From Clostridia bacterium (lineage in GTDB: Bacteria > Bacillota > Clostridia > TANB77 > CAG-508), in NCBI GenBank assembly GCA_017437145.1, contig JAFSBT010000005.1, forward strand, positions 10,017-74,016: a DNA stretch of 64,000 bases, written 5' to 3'. A program made the position numbers and the translations under genes. Shown here one piece after another: positions 20,801 through 31,260 of the stretch (positions are counted from its first letter, which is position 1; each line of letters opens with the position of its first letter). The notes below the pieces were generated by a model. That model saw only the letters and a list, made by a program, of their open reading frames with translations, had not been told where the DNA came from and ran no database searches.

Positions 20801-22246
20801 ATGGAAAATATTTTAGTTAAAGGGAAAAGAAACGTATCTAAAATATTCATATTAACATTAATATTTTTTGGAGTAATCAGTGCATTAACATTTGTAAATG
20901 CAGCAGATGAAATAAACTTAGTTGTAGGAGATAGTATAACAAAATCACCGCTTACAAGTGACTGGGGTGGATATCCAAAAGATTATATTAAATATATTGA
21001 GGGAGATAAAAGTATTGTTGAAGTGGAAAGAACTGGAACTGACCTTAAAGGTTTTCATGAAGGGACAAAAGACTTGAAATTTAAAGCACTAAAAGCAGGT
21101 AGATGCAAAATTCAAGTTACTTACTTTCCAGACATGTGGACTTTTTCATCTAAAACAAAAACATATACTATAAACGTTGAAACTATTAAAATAGATAAAG
21201 TCACAATAATAAATGGACCTAGTAAAAATGTATATAATCCTGGAGAAGAAATAAAATTAGATGGAATGGTCATGCGATATAAATTGAATAATAGTGAAGA
21301 ATATCATGGTATTGATATAACGGATGAAGATGAGTTAAGTAAAATTAAACTAGAACCTAAAGTAGCTCCAAGTGAATCAGGTGACTTTACAATTAAAGTA
21401 ACTTATGAAGGTATTACACCAACAAATGAAAATGGTGAAAAAGAGGGGATAGAAATATATGTAAATCCTCCTAAACAAAATAGTGATAATGATGAAAAAG
21501 AGGATGTCAATAACGGTAACAATGATAAAAATAATAATGATAATAATGCTAAAGTATATACATCTAATTTAAAAATAGGAGATACATTAAAATTAAAAAA
21601 TAATTCAGGATGGAGAAAATATAAAAGTAAAAGCACAAATAGTGCATATACAACAATGACAGGAGGAACAACATTTACAATTGAATCAATATCTGAAAAT
21701 TGGTTAACAATTAAAGGTGAGACAACATACAAATATTTATATTATGGACCGGAAGCTTCTAGTCATTTTTCAGTAGTAAAAGCAACAGAAAATGATTCTA
21801 ATAAAGAGCAAAGTAATAATAAACCGACAGCAACTAAGTCTGCACCACAATATTCAGATGGAACATCAGTAAAAAAAGGTGATAGCATAAAAATGACAAA
21901 AGGAAATTCATGGAATGTATATAGTGATAGTAGTTGTAAAACAATAAAAACATATATTCAAGCAAATAAAGGTTTAACATTTAAGGTGGAAGATATAAAC
22001 GGAAACTTTGTTAAATTAAGTCAAAATGGAAAAGAATTTGGATATATAAAATGGTATAATTCATCAACAGGAGCAATGAGTTATTTTGCAAAAACAGGAT
22101 CTTCACCAGTTGATACTACACCAGATACATCAAAAAATGATGTAAATTGTTCAGAGGAGATGACAGAAGCATTAAATCTTATGACAGAATTAATTACAAA
22201 AATTCTTACAAGTTTATTAGAAAGTTTATCAACAGCTTGTAAATAA
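20801..22246 (+). CDS. secreted surface protein with Ig-like N-terminal domains, Asn/Asp/Lys-rich linker and two C-terminal SH3b-like domains
   Basis: Signal peptide. Two SH3b-like repeats (GDTLKLKNNSGWRKY... ; GDSIKMTKGNSWNVY...). Low-complexity NNDKNNNDNN linker. Confidence 0.5.
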   Translation: MENILVKGKRNVSKIFILTLIFFGVISALTFVNAADEINLVVGDSITKSPLTSDWGGYPKDYIKYIEGDKSIVEVERTGTDLKGFHEGTKDLKFKALKAGRCKIQVTYFPDMWTFSSKTKTYTINVETIKIDKVTIINGPSKNVYNPGEEIKLDGMVMRYKLNNSEEYHGIDITDEDELSKIKLEPKVAPSESGDFTIKVTYEGITPTNENGEKEGIEIYVNPPKQNSDNDEKEDVNNGNNDKNNNDNNAKVYTSNLKIGDTLKLKNNSGWRKYKSKSTNSAYTTMTGGTTFTIESISENWLTIKGETTYKYLYYGPEASSHFSVVKATENDSNKEQSNNKPTATKSAPQYSDGTSVKKGDSIKMTKGNSWNVYSDSSCKTIKTYIQANKGLTFKVEDINGNFVKLSQNGKEFGYIKWYNSSTGAMSYFAKTGSSPVDTTPDTSKNDVNCSEEMTEALNLMTELITKILTSLLESLSTACK

Positions 22247-22264
22247 AATATAAATATATAAAAA

Positions 22265-22300
22265 AAGAATCCTTCAATCTTAAAGAAGGATTCTTTTTTT
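22265..22300 (+). terminator. rho-independent terminator
   Basis: gaatccttcaatcttaaagaaggattc + T-run. Further perfect palindrome gtactaggaaagtcggactttcctagtac follows. Confidence 0.5.
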
Positions 22301-22429
22301 ATGTACTAGGAAAGTCGGACTTTCCTAGTACATAAAAAGCTATAATCGATATTACCTGTTGAGGCTTCCTCATTGCATTAGGAAGCTCAAATCGGCGAGA
22401 AGAAAAGTGTGACAAGTCCACTTTTCTTG

Positions 22430-23056
22430 TCATTTTAATACAAAATATTTTAAACAAGTATTAATAGCATCGTTTTTTATAATTATTTTTCCGTATTCTA
22501 TTAATTTTCTTTCAAATAAATCAGTATTAGTTTCAAAAAGTGCAAATTCTGTTATCATTAAATGAAGTGATTTTAATTTTTCTAAACTTATATTAATATT
22601 ATGAAAAACTAAAAAATAATTGTCTTTATATTTATATAATTTAGAGTTTTTTAATTTTGGGATTAAATCTTTTAATGGACTTGTATTTAAATATGTACAA
22701 AAATCGCAAAAACAATCAAAAGAATTAAAATTATATATGGTAAGTAGCTTAGATGGTTTATTTGCTTTTCTTTTGATTTGGACTTTTTTTATGTTGTTTT
22801 TTTCTATTTCTGGAGAAATTCTAGTAACCGTTAAAATAAAATTTCCATCCGATGTTGCGATAACTTCTAACATAAGTTTATAGTTTTTTGTAATAAAACC
22901 AAATTCTTTTTCTGCTTTATCTAGCATATCTAGAAATATATCCTGTGTTTCGATGGAATTAGCCATAAAGGAATGATAATCTATGTGGTTTTCCTCTAAA
23001 TCTTTTAGATTTAAAATAAATCTAATTTTATTTTCTGTAAGTTTTTCAATTTTCAT
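22430..23056 (-). CDS. mecA: adaptor protein MecA-like
   Basis: N-terminal MKIEKLTENKIRFILNLKDLEE resembles the MecA N-domain. Size ~210 aa. Confidence 0.65.
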   Translation of the reverse strand: MKIEKLTENKIRFILNLKDLEENHIDYHSFMANSIETQDIFLDMLDKAEKEFGFITKNYKLMLEVIATSDGNFILTVTRISPEIEKNNIKKVQIKRKANKPSKLLTIYNFNSFDCFCDFCTYLNTSPLKDLIPKLKNSKLYKYKDNYFLVFHNINISLEKLKSLHLMITEFALFETNTDLFERKLIEYGKIIIKNDAINTCLKYFVLK

Positions 23057-23192
23057 TAATAAAACTACCCCCTAGTGTATGATATAATTTCATTATAGCA
23101 CTATTGTTAATGATTTTAAATGATAAAAATATGGTAATTGTATATATTATTATATTATTATTTTATTAAAAATGTACTAGAAAATTGCAATT

Positions 23193-23292
23193 TGTATTTG
23201 GAATTTAGAATTTGGTGGTTGGATATATACAGTGACTCTTCGGAGCCTTGACTTATATTACCAAATTCTAAACCCCAAAGTCCAAACACAAA
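23193..23292. repeat. family-A TTTGGA-armed inverted repeat (reverse orientation copy)
   Basis: tttgtatttggaatttagaatttggtggttggatatatacagtgactcttcggagccttgacttatattaccaaattctaaaccccaaagtccaaac. Confidence 0.6.
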
Positions 23293-23437
23293 TCACAATT
23301 CATATTACAACCAAACTCCAATAATATAGCACAATAATAACAAAAATAAAAGGATTTTACTTGAAAAGTGAGTAAAATTTTTATATAATTAGAAAAATTA
23401 TATAGGGGGTATTTTTGTTTAGAAAGGATGACTTAAT

Positions 23438-24142
23438 ATGTCTATAAAAATAAAAGAACTCCCATTATCTGAAAGACCATATGAAAAAATGGAGATGTAT
23501 GGTCCAGAGAACTTATCAAATGCTGAATTATTGGCAATAATAATAAAAAGTGGAACAAAAGAAGAGGCATCTACTTCAGTAGCTCAAAGAATATTAAATC
23601 TAAATGAAAATATAGATAAGAAAAATTTAAGATTTTTGCAAGAACTTTCAATAGAAGAATTTATGAAAGTTAAGGGAATTGGAAGGGTTAAGGCAATACA
23701 ATTAAAAGCTATAGGTGAATTAACTAAAAGGATTTCATCTCCAATCAATGAATCAAAAATAAAAATATGTAATTCTATTGATGTAGCAAATTTTTTAATG
23801 GAAGAACTACGATATGAAAAAAGAGAAATAGCTAAAGTTATTATATTAAACAATAAAAATATTGTTCAAAGAGTAATAAATGTATCCTTAGGAGGAAGCA
23901 ATTTTGCGTGCATAGAACCAAAGGAGGTTTTAACGGAAGCTATAAAAATGCAGGCACCAAAGATAATTCTTGTTCATAATCATCCAAGTGGAGACTCAAC
24001 TCCAAGTAAGGGAGATTTTTTAGTAACTGATAGAGTTTATGAGGCAGCAAGTATTATGGGAATTGAACTTTTAGACCATATAGTAATAGGTGATGGAACA
24101 TTTGAAAGTATATTAACAAATAAGAAAGGTGAAGAAAGATGA
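23438..24142 (+). CDS. radC: RadC-family JAB/MPN-domain protein (UPF0758)
   Basis: HhH N-domain and JAMM-like motif HNHPSGDSTPSKGD. Conserved position upstream of mreB. Confidence 0.85.
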   Translation: MSIKIKELPLSERPYEKMEMYGPENLSNAELLAIIIKSGTKEEASTSVAQRILNLNENIDKKNLRFLQELSIEEFMKVKGIGRVKAIQLKAIGELTKRISSPINESKIKICNSIDVANFLMEELRYEKREIAKVIILNNKNIVQRVINVSLGGSNFACIEPKEVLTEAIKMQAPKIILVHNHPSGDSTPSKGDFLVTDRVYEAASIMGIELLDHIVIGDGTFESILTNKKGEER

Positions 24143-25170
24143 AATTTTTTAATCTAAAGGGAAAAGACATAGGAATTGATTTAGGAACTGCAAATATTTT
24201 AGTAACATTAAAAGGAAAAGGGGTTATATTAAAGGAGCCTTCAGTGGTTGCAATTGATAGAAGAAATGGTGCTATACTAGCTACAGGATTTGAAGCAAAA
24301 GAAATGCTTGGAAGGACTCCAGAACAAATAAAGGCAGTAAGACCATTAAAAGATGGAGTTATTGCGGATTTTACTGCAACACAACTAATGCTTAAAAATA
24401 TAGTTTCTAAAGTATGTCAAAGATATAATGCAGGAAGGCCTAGAGTTGTAGTTGGTGTACCATCAGGGATAACAGAGGTTGAAGAAAGAGCCGTTGAAGA
24501 ATCTGTCCTAAGAGCAGGTGCTAAAGAAGTGTATTTAATTGAAGAACCAATGGCTGCTGCAATTGGGGCAAATTTGGATGTTGCAGAACCTACAGGAAAT
24601 ATTATAGTTGATATTGGTGGAGGAACAACAGAAGTTGCTGTTATTTCATTAGGTGGAATTGTTGTAAGTAATTCATTAAGAACAGCTGGTGACGAATTAG
24701 ACGAAGATATAATCAATTATATAAAGAGAGAAATGGGACTAGCTATTGGTGAAACAACAGCTGAAGAAATCAAAAAAGAAATTGGATGTGCATTACCATT
24801 GATGACAGAGATGTCTATGGAAGTAAAAGGTAGAGATTTAACTAATGGATTACCAAGAAATGTTGTAATAACTTCAGCTCAAGTAGAAGAAGCTATTAGA
24901 GATTCTATAAATGAAATTATCGATATAGTAAAAATAACTTTAGAAAAAACACCACCAGAACTTGCTTCAGATATTGTAGAAAAGGGTATTGTCTTAGCTG
25001 GTGGAGGAGCATTAATAAAAAATATTGATAAACTTCTTAGTCAAAGAACAGGAATGCCAGTATATATAGCTGAAAATCCACTAGAATGTGTTGTTAAAGG
25101 AACAGGAAAAACTTTAGAAGATTTAGAAAATTTAAAGACAGTTCTAATAAATGCACGTAAAAGAAGATAA
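24139..25170 (+). CDS. mreB: rod shape-determining protein MreB
   Basis: Actin-like ATPase motifs (IGIDLGTANILV, DIGGGTTEVAV). Confidence 0.95.
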   Translation: MKFFNLKGKDIGIDLGTANILVTLKGKGVILKEPSVVAIDRRNGAILATGFEAKEMLGRTPEQIKAVRPLKDGVIADFTATQLMLKNIVSKVCQRYNAGRPRVVVGVPSGITEVEERAVEESVLRAGAKEVYLIEEPMAAAIGANLDVAEPTGNIIVDIGGGTTEVAVISLGGIVVSNSLRTAGDELDEDIINYIKREMGLAIGETTAEEIKKEIGCALPLMTEMSMEVKGRDLTNGLPRNVVITSAQVEEAIRDSINEIIDIVKITLEKTPPELASDIVEKGIVLAGGGALIKNIDKLLSQRTGMPVYIAENPLECVVKGTGKTLEDLENLKTVLINARKRR

Positions 25171-25191
25171 AAAGAAAGGATTTTAGTATAA

Positions 25192-26007
25192 ATGTATAGA
25201 AGTAAAAAAAGTGGTAAAATAGGAATATTTATAACCATAGTAATACTTATACTTCTTATTGTTTTAACTAATATAGATACTTCTAAATTTTCTAAAGGAG
25301 AAAATATTTTTAATAAAATAGTTATGCCAATTCAAAACGGATTAGTATATTTAAAAAATAAAATAGCCGGGAATACGTCATTTTTTGATAATGTCGACAA
25401 ACTACAAGAAGAGAATGATGGGTTGAAGGAAAAAAACAGAGAATTAGAAGAACAGTTAAGGGAATTAGAGATTATAAAAGCGGAAAATGCTACATTGAGA
25501 GAATATGTAAATATGGCAGATAAATATTCAGATTACAAAACGGTTCCTGGATATATAATTGACAAAGACATAAGCAATTTGTCAGAGACTTTAGTTATAA
25601 ACGTTGGGATTAAAGATGGGGTTAAATCTAACATGCCTGTAATATCATCTGAAGGTTTAGTAGGGTATGTAATATCATCAACAAATGATACAGCTAAAGT
25701 AAAACCCATAATTGATATTTCAAGTAGTGTCAGTGCTACTTTAGAAACTTCAAGAGATAATGTAATGGTTAAAGGAATTTTAGGTAGTAGCTCAAAACTT
25801 AAGGTTACTTATGTATCTCCAGAAACAGAACTAGTTTTAGGGGATATTATAGAGACTTCAGGAATTGGTGGCATATATCCTAAAGGAATATTAATAGGTG
25901 AAATAAAGGAAATAAAAGAATCTAGTAATATAATTGATAGATATGCAATAATAGAGACAGCAGTAGATTTTGCAAATTTAGAAACTGTTTTAGTAATAAC
26001 AGAATAA
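25192..26007 (+). CDS. mreC: rod shape-determining protein MreC
   Basis: N-terminal TM, coiled coil, C-terminal beta-rich MreC domain. Follows mreB. Confidence 0.85.
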   Translation: MYRSKKSGKIGIFITIVILILLIVLTNIDTSKFSKGENIFNKIVMPIQNGLVYLKNKIAGNTSFFDNVDKLQEENDGLKEKNRELEEQLRELEIIKAENATLREYVNMADKYSDYKTVPGYIIDKDISNLSETLVINVGIKDGVKSNMPVISSEGLVGYVISSTNDTAKVKPIIDISSSVSATLETSRDNVMVKGILGSSSKLKVTYVSPETELVLGDIIETSGIGGIYPKGILIGEIKEIKESSNIIDRYAIIETAVDFANLETVLVITE

Positions 26008-26015
26008 ACATAGGG

Positions 26016-26161
26016 TCGAACTTAAATAGTTCGACCCTAGTGAATGGTGAAAAGTGAATAGTGAAGAATAAAAGAAAGAATTTGCTGTAAAACAGCAAAT
26101 TCTAAATAAAATTATTAATTATTCATTACAATACAATGTGGGGGCGAACTGAGTTCGCCCG
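26016..26161. repeat. cluster of REP-like hairpins (tagggtcgaacttaaatagttcgaccctag ; aatttgctgtaaaacagcaaatt ; gtgggggcgaactgagttcgcccg) at the mreC-side junction
   Basis: GC-rich palindromes. The last is near-identical to the hairpin at 47521 on the mreD side. Confidence 0.6.
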
Positions 26162-26186
26162 TTTTAAATGTATTCAAATATTTATT

Positions 26187-28085
26187 TTAATCTTTTATTT
26201 TTTGATACATTGAAATATCGTTTTCTTCATGCTCTTCAGTTTCAAATGAAGGGTTACCGTCAATAATTTGTTGTTTTGTTCTTGAATTAACAAGTGAATA
26301 CAAATTTTCAATATTATCAATATCGAATTCTGTTAATTGATAAGGGTTAATATTTTCTGAGTTGATTTCAGATGTTTCTGAGTATGCAATTTCTAAATCT
26401 GTTTCAGAAGAATCTCCTTCTAGTTCATGAGTATAAGTAACTTTTGGTTGGATGAAAGAATTTTTTTCAGTTATAAGATTTGAATCAGAAGTTTCGTCTA
26501 TTTTCTTGCTAATTGTTTCTGAAGGTGCTAAAGGAATTTCTATAGCAGAATCAGAAATTTCTTCATAAGAAGCAGTTATTTCGAAAGAATCTCCTTTTTC
26601 GCTTTTATTTTCTGGTTTTTCTGTGCTAGTATCTTTTGCCAATTCTTCAGAATCTTCTTCAATTTCAGCTGAAGTATCAGCAGTGGTATCCGTAATAATG
26701 GCTGAAGATGTAATTTGTTCTTCTACAAATTCTATATCTGGAAGAATATTAGAAATTTCAACTTGAATTTCAGGAGAAATATCTTTAACGGTAGTTGAAA
26801 TTGTATCAGAGATAGGAGTTATTTCTACATTAAGTGAATTTTGTTCTGAATCTACAGATTTGCTAGATTCTGTTGGTTCATTAAAATTATCATTGATTGT
26901 TATTTCAGTTGATTTTTTTTCTTCAGAATAAGTAACTGAAATAATAGAATTATCTTCAGCTTTAATGAGTTTATCAGTGTCTTCATTTGTTTGTGTTATT
27001 TCAGATAGAGTTTCGTTTTCCTGAGATTGTACAAAAGTATCAACAATAAACCCCTTTTTTGTTGATGATAAATCATTTCCACATAGTAAAATTCCAAAGT
27101 AATTTATAACAGTATCTTTAACTAAATTTTTTATATCTTTAGTTTTTAAGTTTTTATTATTATAAAAAGAAGGAATAGAATACTGCTTATTTAAACTTAA
27201 ACCAAATTCTGCAGGAATTAATGTACTAATTGCTTGCCTATAAGGCTCAGAAAAAGATACATTACGATAGGTATAAATCCATTCTAGTAAATTTTTAAAG
27301 TTACTAGAATTTTTATCCATAATATTTTTTAAATCATTTACAGCATGAGCCTGAGTTGGACTCATAAATAAAAAACCGGGAGTAAGTGCAACTAAATATT
27401 CTATATTTTCAGTTTCTGGTTGTTTTATTAATGAAAATGCTTTATCGGTTAAATCACGAACTTCTTTTTTATATACTTCATGAAATGCATTTTCAGGATA
27501 TTTATTCATCCAGGTTTTGATTTGAGAATCATTTTCAAATCCGCCAGAATGACTGGCACGGTCAATCATGTTTTTTAATTCTGATATAGCATCTTCCGGA
27601 CCAATGCCTTCATCTATAGCTGATTTTAAATTATCTACTTTTTTATTATATTTCCATCCAAATTTTATTTTTCTGCTTCTACCTATTTCATTTTTCCATG
27701 CTTCATATTTCTTCTTTGCTTTTTCAAGCTCACTAGTAGTTTTAGCAGTTAAAACTAATTTTTTTATATCTTGCAATTTTTGATATGCATCTTCAGTAGC
27801 TTGAATTTCACGCTGTCTTTGAGCAAGTAATTCTTTTCTTTTTTTTATTTCAAGAATTCTTTGTTGTGCGCTAGCTTTTAGAATATCGAAAGATTGTCTG
27901 TTTGAAACACGTAAATCTGAGTAAAATTTTCTTTCAAAATCGGAAATTAAGGATTCCATTTTATCAATATCGAGATTATTGGCTGCTTCGTTTAAAGCAG
28001 ATTCAAGATTGTCTAATAATTCAATTTCTTTACTATATCGAAGTTTATAATTTTGATTGAATGCTTGTTCATTATTTGTAGCCAT
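26187..28085 (-). CDS. hypothetical protein: coiled-coil N-terminal half, highly acidic Ser/Glu/Thr/Ile-rich C-terminal half
   Basis: Long ORF with RBS aggagg. No catalytic motifs recognised. Confidence 0.4.
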   Translation of the reverse strand: MATNNEQAFNQNYKLRYSKEIELLDNLESALNEAANNLDIDKMESLISDFERKFYSDLRVSNRQSFDILKASAQQRILEIKKRKELLAQRQREIQATEDAYQKLQDIKKLVLTAKTTSELEKAKKKYEAWKNEIGRSRKIKFGWKYNKKVDNLKSAIDEGIGPEDAISELKNMIDRASHSGGFENDSQIKTWMNKYPENAFHEVYKKEVRDLTDKAFSLIKQPETENIEYLVALTPGFLFMSPTQAHAVNDLKNIMDKNSSNFKNLLEWIYTYRNVSFSEPYRQAISTLIPAEFGLSLNKQYSIPSFYNNKNLKTKDIKNLVKDTVINYFGILLCGNDLSSTKKGFIVDTFVQSQENETLSEITQTNEDTDKLIKAEDNSIISVTYSEEKKSTEITINDNFNEPTESSKSVDSEQNSLNVEITPISDTISTTVKDISPEIQVEISNILPDIEFVEEQITSSAIITDTTADTSAEIEEDSEELAKDTSTEKPENKSEKGDSFEITASYEEISDSAIEIPLAPSETISKKIDETSDSNLITEKNSFIQPKVTYTHELEGDSSETDLEIAYSETSEINSENINPYQLTEFDIDNIENLYSLVNSRTKQQIIDGNPSFETEEHEENDISMYQKIKD

Positions 28086-28226
28086 AAATAACCTCCTTAT
28101 TTACAAATATTACTACATATATTATAGCATATTTAAGCGAAAAGTAAAGAATTTTGACAAATTAGGATGGTAAGTAAGGGAAATCTATGATAAAATAGAA
28201 ATTACTAAAAATAAAGAGGTGTAAAA

Positions 28227-29285
28227 ATGAATAAAAGAAATGAAACGAGACCTATAAAGGTAGGAAATGTACAAATAGGTGGACAAAATAAAGTTGTAAT
28301 ACAATCAATGACTAATACAAAAACAAAAAGCATTAACAGTACCGTATCACAAATTTTGGATTTAGAGAAAGCAGGATGTGAAATTGTTAGAGTTGCATGT
28401 TTGGATGTAGAAGATGCAAATGCAATAGAAGAAATAAAAAAACAAATACATATTCCAATAGTATCAGATATACATTTTGATTATAGAATAGCATTGGCTG
28501 CTGCCAAAGCAGGAGTGAATAAAATAAGAATAAATCCAGGTAATATAGGAAGTGAAGAAAGAGTTAAAGCTGTAGTTGATATTTGTAAAGAAAAACAAAT
28601 TCCAATTCGAATAGGGGTTAATAGTGGTTCTTTACAAAGAGATATTTTAGAAAGAGATGGAAAGCCAACAGCTAAAGGTATGGTTGAAAGCGGATTAAGA
28701 CATATTGAAATCCTAGAAAAATTTGATTTCCATGATATTGCATTATCATTAAAAGCATCAGATTTGAATTTATGTATAGAGGCTTATGAGGAAGCTGCTA
28801 AAACAATAAAATATCCATTACATTTAGGAGTTACTCATGCAGGAACAGCATTTAGTGGAACAATCAGTTCTAGTATAGGATTAGGAGCATTATTAAGACA
28901 AGGGATTGGAGATACAATGAGAGTTTCGCTATCAGCAAATCCAGTACAAGAAATAAAAGTAGCTAAAGAAATTTTAAAAAATTGTAATTTATATAGTGAT
29001 TCACCAACACTTATAGCATGTCCAACGTGTGGAAGAATACAGTATGATTTAATACCAATAGCAAATGAGATAGAAGATTTCCTACAAACAATAAAAGGTA
29101 ATATAACTGTTGCTGTAATGGGATGTGGAGTAAATGGACCGAATGAGGCCAAACACGCAGATATTGGAATTGCAGGAGGAATAAAAGAAGGATTGCTATT
29201 TAAAAAGGGAGAAATCATAAAAAAAGTTAAACAAGAAGATATGGTAAAGGTTTTAAAAGAGGAAATTTTGAAAATGATTAAATAA
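28227..29285 (+). CDS. ispG: 4-hydroxy-3-methylbut-2-en-1-yl diphosphate synthase (IspG/GcpE)
   Basis: [24 protein letters not shown] start and C-terminal Cys cluster CPTCGR...GCGVNG. Confidence 0.9.
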   Translation: MNKRNETRPIKVGNVQIGGQNKVVIQSMTNTKTKSINSTVSQILDLEKAGCEIVRVACLDVEDANAIEEIKKQIHIPIVSDIHFDYRIALAAAKAGVNKIRINPGNIGSEERVKAVVDICKEKQIPIRIGVNSGSLQRDILERDGKPTAKGMVESGLRHIEILEKFDFHDIALSLKASDLNLCIEAYEEAAKTIKYPLHLGVTHAGTAFSGTISSSIGLGALLRQGIGDTMRVSLSANPVQEIKVAKEILKNCNLYSDSPTLIACPTCGRIQYDLIPIANEIEDFLQTIKGNITVAVMGCGVNGPNEAKHADIGIAGGIKEGLLFKKGEIIKKVKQEDMVKVLKEEILKMIK

Positions 29286-29290
29286 TAAAG

Positions 29291-29384
29291 AATTTGGTAA
29301 TTGGAATTTGGACTTTGGTAATATAGGGAAAGTATACGAAGAAACTCCCTATACATCCAACTACCAAACTCCAAATTCCAAATA
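29291..29384. repeat. family-A TTTGGA-armed inverted repeat
   Basis: gaatttggtaattggaatttggactttggtaatatagggaaagtatacgaagaaactccctatacatccaactaccaaactccaaattccaaatac. Confidence 0.6.
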
Positions 29385-29401
29385 CACAATAGGAGATTTT
29401 T

Positions 29402-30256
29402 ATGGAATTATTAATTGGAAAAACTGCTGGTTTTTGTTTTGGGGTTGAAAGAGCTGTAGAGGGTGCTACATCGGAATTAAAAAAAGAGAAAGAAATTTTT
29501 TGTTTAGGAGAAATAGTTCATAATAAAGAAGTAATTAAAGATTTAAAAAAACAAGGATTAAAATTTATTTCCGATTTAAACGATGGAAAAAACAAAGTAA
29601 TAATAAGAGCACATGGAGTAGAAAAAAACATTTATGAGAAAGCAAAAGAAAAAGGTATTGAATTAATAGATTTGACATGTCCTAAAGTTTTAAAAATTCA
29701 CAAGATAGTACAAGAGTATGCTCAAAAAGGATTCTATATATTTTTGATTGGAAAAAAAGAACATCCAGAAACAGTGGGAACAGTTAGTTATTGCGGAGAA
29801 AATGTTTATATTATAGAAGATAGTGAAACAGTAGATGACGCAATTGAAAGTTTTAATAATAAAAAAAGTGATAAAGTATTAGTTATATGTCAAACAACTT
29901 TTAGTTTATCAGAATATCAAAAAATAATAAAATCTATAGTTTCTAAAATAGATAATCATATTGAAGTAGAAATAAAAAATACAATTTGCAGTGCAACAAA
30001 GTTAAGACAAGAAGAAACTACAGAACTTGCAAGTAAAGTAGATGCAATGATAATTATAGGAGGAAAGAACAGCTCTAATACTAATAAATTATATGAAATA
30101 TCAAAAAAAATTACAGAAACATTTATTGTTGAAAATAAACAAGAAATCAATTTTCAACAAATGAAAAAATATAAAAAAATAGGAATTATGGCAGGAGCAT
30201 CAACACCTAAAAAAAGTATTGAAGAAATTGTTGAAATTTTACAAAGTATGTGGTAA
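29402..30256 (+). CDS. ispH: 4-hydroxy-3-methylbut-2-enyl diphosphate reductase (IspH/LytB)
   Basis: AGFCFGVERAV...CPKV...ICSATK motifs carry the conserved Cys ligands. Confidence 0.9.
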   Translation: MELLIGKTAGFCFGVERAVEGATSELKKEKEIFCLGEIVHNKEVIKDLKKQGLKFISDLNDGKNKVIIRAHGVEKNIYEKAKEKGIELIDLTCPKVLKIHKIVQEYAQKGFYIFLIGKKEHPETVGTVSYCGENVYIIEDSETVDDAIESFNNKKSDKVLVICQTTFSLSEYQKIIKSIVSKIDNHIEVEIKNTICSATKLRQEETTELASKVDAMIIIGGKNSSNTNKLYEISKKITETFIVENKQEINFQQMKKYKKIGIMAGASTPKKSIEEIVEILQSMW

Positions 30257-30276
30257 AATAATAATGATAATTATGT

Positions 30277-31062
30277 GTGAAAGGAGATAATATGAATCAA
30301 ATTCTAGTTTCAGAAAAGCTATATGTAACACCAGAGATAAAAAGAAAAAGAAAATTTTTCAAAATAGAATTTATATTATCAATATTTGCATTAGTTGTAT
30401 TATCTTCTTATTATATATATGCAGAATATGATAGAAATAAAAATGAAGCAGTATCTCAAGAAATTTTAAATTCAATAGAATTTGAAACAATACAACCTAC
30501 TACAACTACAGTATTAAATATGGATAGTGAAATTGTAGAAATGGAAGAAGATTATATTAGAGTTACATTAAATTCAGCATTAAATTCTAATGAACAAATT
30601 TCAATTATTACTAAAGTAGATAGCGCAGAAGTTCCTTCAGAACAGCGTTCAGTAGCATCAGATGGAACAGAATATTCTACAATAGGTGTTATAAAAATTC
30701 CAAAGATAGGAGTTAATTACCCAATACTTTCTACAACTACAGTAGAATTATTAAAAATATCTCCATGTAAATTTTGGGGCTGTAATCCAAATGAAGTAGG
30801 GAATTTTTGTATAGTAGGACACAATTATAGGAACTCATTATTCTTTAGTAAAGTGCCTACACTAGAAGTTGGGGATGTAATTCAAATTATAGATTTATCA
30901 GGAACAATAGTGGAATATTCTATATATGATAAATATATTGTTGATCCTGATAATGTAGCTTGTACAAGTCAGCTAACAGATGGAAGAAGAGAAATTACGA
31001 TTATAACATGTACAAATGACAGTAAGCAAAGGGTTGTAATAAAAGCGACAGAAAAGAAATAA
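30277..31062 (+). CDS. sortase-family transpeptidase
   Basis: N-terminal TM. Conserved His (VGHNYRN), TLxTC-type motif (ITIITCTND) and downstream Arg. Confidence 0.6.
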   Translation: MKGDNMNQILVSEKLYVTPEIKRKRKFFKIEFILSIFALVVLSSYYIYAEYDRNKNEAVSQEILNSIEFETIQPTTTTVLNMDSEIVEMEEDYIRVTLNSALNSNEQISIITKVDSAEVPSEQRSVASDGTEYSTIGVIKIPKIGVNYPILSTTTVELLKISPCKFWGCNPNEVGNFCIVGHNYRNSLFFSKVPTLEVGDVIQIIDLSGTIVEYSIYDKYIVDPDNVACTSQLTDGRREITIITCTNDSKQRVVIKATEKK

Positions 31063-31121
31063 AAAGCAGGGCAAATGATTGCTCTGTTTTTTAGATACTA
31101 ATATAAAAAATATTAATTTTT

Positions 31122-31207
31122 GAGGTGTGATCTGCGCTGTGTGAGGTGTGATTTAAACGGTAATTTATTGAAAAAGCACACTTCGCACCTCGCACTTCTC
31201 ACTTCAA
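31122..31207. repeat. family-B GTGAGG-armed inverted repeat (variant core)
   Basis: gaggtgtgatctgcgctgtgtgaggtgtga ... cacacttcgcacctcgcacttctcacttc. Confidence 0.55.
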
Positions 31208-31260
31208 AGCCAATTATATTTTGGCATAATAATTTATAATAATTTTTAAATTAATCTTTA

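Noticed and set aside
28227-30256. ispG and ispH as part of the horizontally acquired island
   Set aside because: Their base composition and codon usage look native and they are essential isoprenoid genes. The surrounding segment therefore looks like a genomic rearrangement rather than a simple mobile insertion.
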